Source of the DNA: Phycisphaeraceae bacterium
Lineage (GTDB): Bacteria > Planctomycetota > Phycisphaerae > Phycisphaerales > Phycisphaeraceae
DNA: 64,000 bases
Assembly: GCA_963674705.1 (NCBI GenBank)
Contig: OY771506.1
Coordinates: forward strand, 4,640,001-4,704,000
Direction: 5' to 3'
In this document: positions 52,801 through 61,785 of the stretch, one piece after another
How positions within the stretch are numbered: the stretch's first letter is position 1
Layout of the letters: each line of letters opens with the position of its first letter
Translations under genes and position numbers: made by a program
The notes under the pieces: generated by a model
The model's database searches: none
What the model was told of the DNA's origin: nothing
What the model saw: only the letters and a program-made list of their open reading frames with translations

Positions 52801-54305
52801 ACAGACGACCAGTTCTGCCCGAACCGCAATTCATCGAACTGTGTCGAACCGCTTCCGCTGTAGCGGGTGAACGCCAGCCGATCGAACGCGATGTCATAGT
52901 ACGTGATCTGCGCGTCCGGCGTCGTCTCCTGCGCTCCCACCACCGGGTTCTGCCAGATACTGATCGTGTCATTACCATCAGCAAAGTCGATACGAACGAC
53001 GAACAGGTTCGTCCCATTGTTTAACGTATCAAGTTCAACTGGCGTGCCATCGGTCCCAGCAATCGCAGTGAAGTTTGTATTCCCCGGGTGATACAGGATT
53101 CGGAACACCCGATTGTCACCTGTGACACCATCGTTGTACAAAGAAAACGTCGACGCCGGCGGGGTCGAGCCGTCCACCTGCATCAGGAACGAGAAGTACA
53201 ACGATGAACCGCTATATGAAACACTGACATCACCGTTGCTATCCAGGTAATCCGCAAAGGCGGTGTTATTTCCATCAAGGATCAGCCGTGAAACCACATC
53301 TGTCCCGTTAAGCTGTATGTGATTCGCCCCCGCGTTGCCAAGCCCACTATATGTCAGGCTTCCCGCCTCGCTCGTTGTCATCCCCAATGAAGACCACGCC
53401 CCGTCATACCCCGCGATGTAGGACCACAAGCCATCGATCGATTCACCGCTGACATACTCCACATCATTAAAACCGTCCGCGGTGATCGGTGACCGCAATA
53501 TCAAATCCAGTGCGGCTTCATCTGTCACCGCAGACCATTCACTCCCCAGACGCAACTCATCAAACTGTGTCGAGCCCACTCCCAAGTAACTTGAAAACGC
53601 TACCCGATCAAACGCGATGTCATAAGTTGCAATCTGCGCATCCGGTGTCGACTCAGTTACCCCCGCCGTCGGATTCTGCCAGATGCTGATCACATCGTTA
53701 CCCGACCGGAAGTCGAACTTGATTACAAACAGGTTCGTGCCATCATTAAGTAGATCGAGATTAACCGTCGTCCCGCTAGGTCCGACAATCGCCTGGTATG
53801 TCGACTTGGAACTCGAATAGCTGATCCGAAATACACGATCCGTCGACGAAGTCCCGCCGTTATATAGTGAGAACGTCGATGTTGGCGGCGAACTGCCGTC
53901 CACCTGCATCAACACTGATAGATAGAGATACGATCCATCCAGCGAATCCCCGATATTGCCGTTCGTATCGAGGTAATTTTCAAGCGGGTCTCCAGCCGAG
54001 AGGGCGAACTCGCGCGAGACCGTGATCGAACCATTGAGTTGAACCCGATTATCCCCCGCTTCGCCCAATCCTGCATAACTCAGGCTGCCGGACTCGATTG
54101 AAGCCGACCCGGACCCCGCCCACACACCCTCAAATCCCGATACCGACGTGTCCGTACCATCCAACTCGGTACCAACGGCATACAGGCTGTCATCAAAGCC
54201 CTCAACGACTAGCGGCGCCGAGCTCAACAACAAACGAGACTCAAGTTCTTCAACCAAGTGGTGCATAGGGCGTATACAGGCTGGACGATTACGCAACGGG
54301 TCCAA
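49884..54305 (-). CDS. Multidomain GH50 (beta-agarase-like) protein: LEPRxLL-type N-terminus, two tandem ~242-aa domains, GH50 core, dockerin-like region, Gln-rich tail
   Basis: [78 protein letters not shown].VD and ADFNYDG.VD. Start codon uncertain. Confidence 0.82.
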   Translation of the reverse strand: [1473 protein letters not shown]

Positions 54306-54562
54306 CCTGCTACAGCAGTATGTCGCTGTCCCTGCCAGAAAGCAATACCGTTTCGCGCAAAAGTATTGACCATTTGAGACATCTCCCTATCGGCAGATCT
54401 TTGTATTATTACGAACCAACACCAATCTCGGCGTGTAATGACAATTTCTTTGCGCATGCAGCCATTTTCAAATCACTTTCAGAAGGTACTCTAAGAATGC
54501 AGTTATGAGTCATTTAAAACGTCTCAAGTGACATATCAATCCTGAGCACTGGAGGAGAGAAC

Positions 54563-55564
54563 ATGAAGGTATTACCCAATTTCACAAAGTACGCCACGGG
54601 TTTAGCTGCTGTAGCGGCCCTTAGCGTATTCAACATCGTTCAATCATCTGACGCCGCACTCATCGCCACCGATCACTTTCTCACCGGCAACCCCGCTGAC
54701 GCCTCGATCGGTGAATACTCACCCACGTATATCCGCAGGGCACAAACCAGCGGTGCCGGCCAAGACCCGATCATTGACGGCTTTGTCGGTGCCTGGACCG
54801 GCAATGTCACCAGCGGATCACTCGCCGTCGCCCAATGGACTGCGGAAAACGACCCCACAGGCTCGCTCATCCCCTACCAAGAAGGCGGCCGCGCTCGTTT
54901 TGCGGGCTCCAGTGCTGTCAATGCACTGCAGCGTCGTGTCCAACGTGAACTCGATACCTACACACCTTCCGACACCTATTACATTTCTCTCATCACACAG
55001 ATCGCCACAGGTGATCTTGCCGGCGCAGATGGTTTCGTTGGTGCCGGTTTCACCAATACTGGCGCTACCGTCACTCAAACCGATGCCAATATCGTCGGCG
55101 GCAGTGATCTTCGCGGCGTCCTGATCGGTGCAGCTTCCTCGGATGGTCTGACCACCGACTTCGTCATCCGTCACGTCGGCTCAAGCGGTGTCGTTCAGAA
55201 TGATGTACTCGCTTCAGATATCGCCAGCGTCGAACCGACCTTCACCATCCTGAAGATCGAGTTCAATGACGATCCGTCCAATCCCAACGGCAACTCCAAA
55301 ATCACGGTCTGGCACAACCCAACAGCCTGGGAGACCGAAGCCGAGGCCACTGCCGATGTGACACCGCTTGTCTTCCGCACCTTCGCACTACAGTCCAACA
55401 CGGATATCACGCACCTGACGCTCACCGGCCTGAATTATTCCAAGGCTGCCAGCTTCGATGAACCACGCCTCGCCACCACTTGGGAAGAAGTCATCCCGGA
55501 ACCCGCAACCGTCTCACTAATCCTGGCGATGTCGCTCGGTCTGGTGGCTCGCCGCCGAAGTTGA
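54563..55564 (+). CDS. PEP-CTERM protein, unknown function
   Basis: GGAGG RBS; signal peptide; C-terminal SFDEPRLATTWEEVIPEP-TM-RRR. Confidence 0.9.
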   Translation: MKVLPNFTKYATGLAAVAALSVFNIVQSSDAALIATDHFLTGNPADASIGEYSPTYIRRAQTSGAGQDPIIDGFVGAWTGNVTSGSLAVAQWTAENDPTGSLIPYQEGGRARFAGSSAVNALQRRVQRELDTYTPSDTYYISLITQIATGDLAGADGFVGAGFTNTGATVTQTDANIVGGSDLRGVLIGAASSDGLTTDFVIRHVGSSGVVQNDVLASDIASVEPTFTILKIEFNDDPSNPNGNSKITVWHNPTAWETEAEATADVTPLVFRTFALQSNTDITHLTLTGLNYSKAASFDEPRLATTWEEVIPEPATVSLILAMSLGLVARRRS

Positions 55565-55595
55565 TGGACGTGACCAGCTTTTGTTCATACCTCCT

Positions 55596-55623
55596 GCGGT
55601 GGTCTACGGACCACCGCTTTTTT
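55596..55623 (+). terminator. Rho-independent terminator
   Basis: Perfect 9-bp stem GCGGTGGTC/GACCACCGC, TACG tetraloop, T6. Confidence 0.9.
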
Positions 55624-55792
55624 GCTTATTTTTTTATATGACGCATACAGACAATAACCTTGCGCGATCAGACATTGTTTCAGGATGCCTATGTTGTACT
55701 CTTGAACGTAAGAAGGACTCGATCTCTAACCGTTTATCGCACACTAACCTTTCTGACACAAAGAATTAGGTTCAACCATTGGAGGAACACCC

Positions 55793-57043
55793 ATGTTATT
55801 AAAGAGCAATGGTCAGGCGCAACAAACTATCTTTAGGTCGCTCAGGTGGTGGTCGTCCGCTGCACTTGCGGTCTCCATCCTGGCAGGTACCGGTTCATCC
55901 GCCAGCGCATACCTCATCGCGGCCGACAGCTTCCTCGGCGGCATCCCCGGCGATCCCTTGCTGGGCGAGTACGACAACACTACTTTCAAGAACCAATTCC
56001 GTCGTGGTGAAACCAACGGCGGTGGGCAGAACCCAACTATCGCCGGCTTCATCAACCCCTGGTCCGGCAACGTGACCTCCGGTTCACTAGGCGTCGCACA
56101 ATGGACGGCTGAAGTCGATAGTGTTTACACGGAATACAACTACGAAGCGGGCGGCCGTGCACGCTGGAGTGGCGTCGACAACCTCCAACGCCGTGTCCAA
56201 CGTGAGCTTGATACCTATACACCCTCCGACACCTACTTCTTCTCAGTCACAGCCCAGGTGCTGACCGATGAACTCGATCTCGACGGCTTCGTTGGTATCG
56301 GATTCACCAATACCGGCGCTACCGTCACGCTTACTGATGCCAACCTCGTCGGCGGCAGTGACCTTCGTGGCTTCCTCATCGGTGCGGCTGGTGATGGTGT
56401 ATCTGGAACAGACTGGGTTGTCCGGCACGTTGGTTCAACCGGCGCGGTTCAGAATGACGTAATCATCGACAATATGGTGCAGAACAATCCGGAAACCGGC
56501 ACCCCCTACCTGCGCTACACCGTCGTCAAGATCGACTTTAACGATGATCCTACGAATCCCGATGGCAATTCCAAGCTGACGATCTGGCAGAATCCTACCG
56601 TCTTTACCTCCGAAGCCGACGCGACAGCCGATACCGCTCCGTTGGTCTTCCGCACCTTCGCGCTGGGTACCAACGCCGACATCACTCACCTGACGATGAC
56701 CGGTATCGACTACTCCAAGGCCGCCAGTTTTGACGAACCAAAGCTTGGTACTGCGTGGGAAGACGTCGTTCCCGAACCATTGATCGAAGGCGACCTGAAC
56801 GGTGACGGCTTCGTCGGCCTCGACGACCTCGACATCATCCTCGGGGCTTGGAATCAGAATGTACCGCCAGCCGATGAAGCCGCAGACCCCTCGGGTGATG
56901 GCTTTGTGGGTCTTGATGACCTCGACATCGTGCTGAACAACTGGAACGCCGGCACACCACCGGCCGCTTCTGCCGTTCCCGAACCGGCATCCGCGCTGCT
57001 GCTGGCAACCGGTACGGTGCTGGCATTACGTCGCCGCAAATAA
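55793..57043 (+). CDS. PEP-CTERM protein, tandem paralog of 54563..55564, with added dockerin-like pair
   Basis: Shared blocks GNVTSGSL.VAQWTAE, LQRRVQRELDTYTPSDTY, PLVFRTFAL; two DGFVGLDDLDI repeats; VPEP-TM-RRRK. Confidence 0.9.
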   Translation: MLLKSNGQAQQTIFRSLRWWSSAALAVSILAGTGSSASAYLIAADSFLGGIPGDPLLGEYDNTTFKNQFRRGETNGGGQNPTIAGFINPWSGNVTSGSLGVAQWTAEVDSVYTEYNYEAGGRARWSGVDNLQRRVQRELDTYTPSDTYFFSVTAQVLTDELDLDGFVGIGFTNTGATVTLTDANLVGGSDLRGFLIGAAGDGVSGTDWVVRHVGSTGAVQNDVIIDNMVQNNPETGTPYLRYTVVKIDFNDDPTNPDGNSKLTIWQNPTVFTSEADATADTAPLVFRTFALGTNADITHLTMTGIDYSKAASFDEPKLGTAWEDVVPEPLIEGDLNGDGFVGLDDLDIILGAWNQNVPPADEAADPSGDGFVGLDDLDIVLNNWNAGTPPAASAVPEPASALLLATGTVLALRRRK

Positions 57044-57109
57044 CAACCTTGATCCACGTACGAAAGTGCGTGTCATGTTCCCCAACCGGGCGGCACTCGT
57101 AAATGGGTG

Positions 57110-57150
57110 CCCCCGGATTACAACCCCCGGATTACATCCCCGGAAGTTAT
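57110..57150. repeat. Tandem 14-nt direct repeat (two near-identical copies and one degenerate)
   Basis: CCCCCGGATTACAA, CCCCCGGATTACAT, CCCCGGAAGTTAT. Confidence 0.75.
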
Positions 57151-57199
57151 CGAAGCTTTCGGATTGTCCATCAAGTGTTTCGATCGTGAGTTTTGTCCG

Positions 57200-57895
57200 A
57201 TGGCGTTTACGAGAGTTCTGCATACCGTGTTAATCAGCTTGGCATGTCTAACCATGACATGCGTGGTTTCTGCGGATACCTCGCCAGTATTCATCTACGA
57301 CGCACAGACCGGCATTCTGAGTGTAAACGCCGATCTCGATGCTGGAACAACACTCGTCAGTTGGCTGATCCCCGGACCGCAAGCAACAAACATCCTTGCT
57401 TTTGAAGACGGCACTAACAGCCAGGGAAACGACTGGATCCAAGGCTACTTCGATAACAAAGAACAATGGATCGCCATCACAGGCAATGGCATCACAGGCA
57501 GTTGGGATATCGCGCAATACACAACCGAACTCGAACTCGCTGTATTCGGCCAGGTTGAATACGCGCTGCGATATGAAGCGGGCGGCGGTATCACTGAGTA
57601 CACCACGGTGTCTGCACCCATCCAGTTGCAAGGCGATTTAAACGGCGATGGCTTCGTCGGCCTCGATGATCTTGATATCGTCCTCGGTCATTGGAACCAA
57701 AACGTCACAGCAGGTGACCTGCTGTCCGGCGACCCAACCGGCGATGGCTTCGTCGGTCTTGACGATCTTGATGTGGTCTTAGGCAACTGGAACGCATCAA
57801 CTTCGCCCTCATCAACAATGATAGTCCCCGAGCCTGTGTCGGCTTGGTTTGTTTTGTCTGTCGTGTTCTTAGCCCGACGCTCATTAAAGGACTGA
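57200..57895 (+). CDS. Small PEP-CTERM protein with dockerin-like pair
   Basis: Signal peptide from ATG 57200; GDLNGDGFVGLDDLD and GDPTGDGFVGLDDLD; VPEP-TM-RR. Confidence 0.85.
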   Translation: MAFTRVLHTVLISLACLTMTCVVSADTSPVFIYDAQTGILSVNADLDAGTTLVSWLIPGPQATNILAFEDGTNSQGNDWIQGYFDNKEQWIAITGNGITGSWDIAQYTTELELAVFGQVEYALRYEAGGGITEYTTVSAPIQLQGDLNGDGFVGLDDLDIVLGHWNQNVTAGDLLSGDPTGDGFVGLDDLDVVLGNWNASTSPSSTMIVPEPVSAWFVLSVVFLARRSLKD

Positions 57896-57923
57896 CGCTT
57901 GATCGGTTATCAGGAGTTTTGTT

Positions 57924-59585
57924 TTGCCTGAACAGATAACACCAAATAATGGTCGCGTTGGTATCGATCCGGCCCGAGCGGCTCAATCGCAATACGACGT
58001 GCTGGTCTACGGCGCGACCGCCGGCGGTTTGATCGCCGCTCTCGCTGCCGCACGCGCCGGTTCATCTGTGCTTGTGCTCGAACCCGGCAAACATCTCGGC
58101 GGCATGGTGACCGGTGGACTCAGCGCAACCGATGCCGGCACACCCTCCGCCATCGGCGGGATAACACGCGAATACTTCGAACGTATCGGTGCTGTCTACG
58201 GCATCGACGGCCCTACCTGGCAGCACGAACCAAAGGTCTCTGAACAAATTTTCCGAGAAATGCTCGAGGAGCAGAACATCTGCGTTGCCTTCAACGCAGC
58301 TCTCAAGGAAAACGATGCTGTTGAGAAAGCCGATCAAAGCATCCAGTCTGTCACGATCGAGTCTGGCCAAATCTTCCGCGCCAAGCAGTTCATTGATGCA
58401 ACCTACGAAGGTGACCTGATGGCACAGGCCGGCGTGCGCTACACGGTCGGCCGAGAAAGCACGGAAGAATTCCAGGAAGCTCGTGCGGGCATACGTCCGC
58501 CGGTCTGCTTCGGATATCCGGGTTCCGCATACGACGAAAATGGCTTGCTCCCCGACATCGATGACGGACCGTACGGCAAGGTCGGAGAAGCGGATCACAG
58601 GATCATGGCCTACACCTTCCGGCTGTGTCTGACCAATGATCCCGACAACCGGATGCCGATCGAAAAACCGGAATGTCACGATCCTAGGCGTTATGCCTTG
58701 CTTAAGCCTGTCTTTGAAGCGCGACCCGATGCCAAGCTCGAAGACATGATACTTCCGGTCGACCTGCCGAATAAGAAGATCGACGTTAACAACAGGCCGG
58801 GCCTGATCGTCTCGACCAACCTGCATAACGGGAGTTGGGATTATCCTGAAGCAAGTTACGCAGAGCGGCGAAAGATATGGCAGGAGCATCTTTCATACGT
58901 GCATGGCTTCTTCTACTTCCTCGCAAACGATCCATGTGTGCCGCCGACTTTACGTAAGGAAGTCAAGACGTGGGGCTTGCCTGCGGATGAATTCCAAGAC
59001 ACCGGCGGTTGGCCCCATCAGCTTTATGTCCGTGCCGGCCGCAGGATGATCGGTGCTTATGTTTTATCAGCTAATGACCTGCTAAGCATGCGATCCAAGT
59101 CCGATGCAATCGCTATGGGCACTTACTTCCTGGATTCACACCGCACAAGGCGTGTTGTTCTTGAGAACGGCGATGTCGCAACCGAAGGTGGCGTCGGCGG
59201 TGAAGTCGATCCCTACGACATCCCCTACCGCGCGATGACACCCAAGGCCAAGGAATGTGGCAACCTGCTTGTTCCGGTATGTTTATCGTGCTCAGGCGTG
59301 GCCTGGTGTTCGCTTCGGATGGAACCGGTTTTCATGGCGATGGGCCACGGCGCGGGTGTCGCGGCTTCGATGGCGGCTCGTTCGAATTGCATGGTTCAAG
59401 ACATCGACACCGACAAACTCAGGCAGAAGCTGCTGGTCCAGAAGCAGGTGTTAGGCCAAATCGATCTACCTGCGATGAAGGAACACCAGCACTCCCAACT
59501 ATTAAAGCCGAAGCTGACGCCTGTCGTGGAGGCTAAAAGCATCCGTGCGATGAAACGCAAAGAACAGAAGCACATGCCCTCCTGA
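57924..59585 (+). CDS. FAD-dependent oxidoreductase (FAD_oxidored-type), paralog of 44243..45808
   Basis: YDVLVYGATAGG, IDATYEGDL, YVRAGRRM, DSH, SLRMEPVFM; CAGGAG RBS before TTG; no signal peptide. Confidence 0.88.
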   Translation: MPEQITPNNGRVGIDPARAAQSQYDVLVYGATAGGLIAALAAARAGSSVLVLEPGKHLGGMVTGGLSATDAGTPSAIGGITREYFERIGAVYGIDGPTWQHEPKVSEQIFREMLEEQNICVAFNAALKENDAVEKADQSIQSVTIESGQIFRAKQFIDATYEGDLMAQAGVRYTVGRESTEEFQEARAGIRPPVCFGYPGSAYDENGLLPDIDDGPYGKVGEADHRIMAYTFRLCLTNDPDNRMPIEKPECHDPRRYALLKPVFEARPDAKLEDMILPVDLPNKKIDVNNRPGLIVSTNLHNGSWDYPEASYAERRKIWQEHLSYVHGFFYFLANDPCVPPTLRKEVKTWGLPADEFQDTGGWPHQLYVRAGRRMIGAYVLSANDLLSMRSKSDAIAMGTYFLDSHRTRRVVLENGDVATEGGVGGEVDPYDIPYRAMTPKAKECGNLLVPVCLSCSGVAWCSLRMEPVFMAMGHGAGVAASMAARSNCMVQDIDTDKLRQKLLVQKQVLGQIDLPAMKEHQHSQLLKPKLTPVVEAKSIRAMKRKEQKHMPS

Positions 59586-59646
59586 AGCATGTGATCTTAG
59601 GGTGATCCGCGTGAAGTATTGATACTCATAAGAACAGGGGCTTACT

Positions 59647-60405
59647 TTGTGGCACGCATTTGACATCATCGCCGACGCCATGCAGATCGAGCAAGGCCTG
59701 CGGGAGTCAAAACCAACAGACATACAGAAGCTTGTGTACTGCGAGCGGGTCGTGCGATGGTTCAAGGATAAATCCGGCACTGGCCAGTGGCCCGCCGTGG
59801 TTGATGAACGGCCCGGCATTTCATATGAGATGGTTCCCGCATCTGCAACCGACAGTAATAAAACCTTGAATATCGAACACGTTCGGATCCAAGGCACTCC
59901 TGTCCGCTTGAACTTGAAACTCGTCCATGCCAATGATGGATGGCGGACCCCGATTGCTTGGAATCTCACCGAAAAACTCGGCGATAACCAATTGAAATCA
60001 GAGTTACAAAACACTACCGAACAAGGCCTGTGGGATGGCAAACAGGTCACACGCAGCATCACCGGTTCAGCCAACCGCATCATTAAACACACATATGCCT
60101 CCAGCCAACCGGCATGCTTCTACGCCCTGCTCTGCTCGTTCCCAATGAACGATATCGCCAAACTTACCGATTGCGATGCGCTATTCACCGAAGGCATGCA
60201 GCAGATGGGGCAAGCCGCCTTTGCCAAAGGTGCGATGGGTAACGCTGCTGAACATGATCTCGCCGAAGGCTTGACTTGTTACAACCTGAATCCCTCGATG
60301 GGTTTCCCGCTTGAGTTCTGGGTGAATGAACACGGCATGGTTGTGTACCTGATCGAAGGCGCTACACGTGCTTGGGTATTGCAGAGCATGGAGGCCCGGT
60401 CATGA
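59647..60405 (+). CDS. Hypothetical protein
   Basis: 252-codon ORF whose stop overlaps the sulfatase ATG (ATGA); no family recognised; start uncertain. Confidence 0.6.
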   Translation: MWHAFDIIADAMQIEQGLRESKPTDIQKLVYCERVVRWFKDKSGTGQWPAVVDERPGISYEMVPASATDSNKTLNIEHVRIQGTPVRLNLKLVHANDGWRTPIAWNLTEKLGDNQLKSELQNTTEQGLWDGKQVTRSITGSANRIIKHTYASSQPACFYALLCSFPMNDIAKLTDCDALFTEGMQQMGQAAFAKGAMGNAAEHDLAEGLTCYNLNPSMGFPLEFWVNEHGMVVYLIEGATRAWVLQSMEARS

Positions 60406-61751
60406 ATAAATATTACGGATTGACCCGCCGACGTTTCCTCCAGACCTGCGCAGCCACCGGCGCAGCCGCGAGTGTTTCGCCCTGGCTGTTCGGCCAGGCG
60501 CCTGCTGCTCCGCGTAACAGGCAACCAAACATCCTTTTGATTAGCACCGACCAGTGGCATTCTGAAGCGTTCAGTCATCTAGGCTCGCGTTACGTGAACA
60601 CGCCACATTCTGACCGTATCGCGGAGCGTTCTGTGCACTTTAGGTGTGCATATGCTGCCGACCCAGTCTGTGCCCCCTCCAGAACGAGTTGGATCACCGG
60701 ACGCATGCCCGTCGAGCATGGCGTGATCGGGAACCAGAACCGCGTCATCCCGAACATCATCGACATGGGCCAATGGTTCGGTCGTCATGGATACGAGACC
60801 GCACACTTCGGTAAGTGGCATACGCCCGGACGCGATCCGAAAGGTTCGTTCGACTACAACCACGGCATGCACCCGGCCGGACAATACGGCGACGCAAGTG
60901 TCGCACAGATGGCTGCGGCGTATCTGTTGAACCGCAATTCACGCAAGCCGTTCATGGCGCACGTTGCGTTCATGAATCCGCACGACATCTGCCAGGTGTC
61001 CTGTTTCCACACAGCACAAAATCAGCTCCCCGTCAAATCGGCGCGCGATTTGCCAGAGTTACCCACCAACTTTCATGCGCAAGAAGGCGAGCCGAATACG
61101 CTTGTGCGCAAAGTTCGGAACTCCCCCAGGCGCGCACAATACAAGTCATGGAACGAAACTGACTGGCGTGTTTACATCTGGATGTACTACCGATACTGCG
61201 AGCTTGTCGACGCCGCCATCGGCAGAGTACTTGATGCCCTGGATGCAAGCGGCGAGGCAGACAACACCCTCGTGATCTACACCTCAGACCACGGTGAAGG
61301 ATTGGGACACCATGGCCTTTTCACCAAAGCCTTTATGTACGAGTCTGCCGCGCGCGTGCCGTTTTACATGATGTATCCCGATCATATGCAGCCCGGCACA
61401 ACGAACGAATCGATCCCGATATCCGGCGTTGACCTGATGCCGACATTCTGCAACGTCGCCGGCATACCGATGCCCGAACACATGTGCGGGCAAGACTTTA
61501 TCAAGCAATACGAACAAGGCGCCAGCACACGTGAAGCACTGGTCACCTCAGCATCCTTCGGCGGTCACATGGTCCGTGACGAGCGCTACAAGCTGATCCG
61601 CTACGACGACGATCCGGTTGTGCAGTTGTTTGACCTGATCAACGATCCGCATGAGATGAACAACCTCGCAAGTGATCAGCCTGGTAAGGTCGCTGAGTTA
61701 TGGCGGCATGCAGAGAAGTTCCACGCGACACTTATTCCTGCAAGTGTTTAA
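60402..61751 (+). CDS. Tat-exported formylglycine-dependent (S1) sulfatase
   Basis: TRRRFLQ Tat motif; PNILLISTDQ, CAPSR (CxPxR), GKWH, SDHGE; GGAGG RBS. Confidence 0.93.
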   Translation: MNKYYGLTRRRFLQTCAATGAAASVSPWLFGQAPAAPRNRQPNILLISTDQWHSEAFSHLGSRYVNTPHSDRIAERSVHFRCAYAADPVCAPSRTSWITGRMPVEHGVIGNQNRVIPNIIDMGQWFGRHGYETAHFGKWHTPGRDPKGSFDYNHGMHPAGQYGDASVAQMAAAYLLNRNSRKPFMAHVAFMNPHDICQVSCFHTAQNQLPVKSARDLPELPTNFHAQEGEPNTLVRKVRNSPRRAQYKSWNETDWRVYIWMYYRYCELVDAAIGRVLDALDASGEADNTLVIYTSDHGEGLGHHGLFTKAFMYESAARVPFYMMYPDHMQPGTTNESIPISGVDLMPTFCNVAGIPMPEHMCGQDFIKQYEQGASTREALVTSASFGGHMVRDERYKLIRYDDDPVVQLFDLINDPHEMNNLASDQPGKVAELWRHAEKFHATLIPASV

Positions 61752-61785
61752 CGGCAACATTATCAAGTAATAAGAATCGCGCCCT

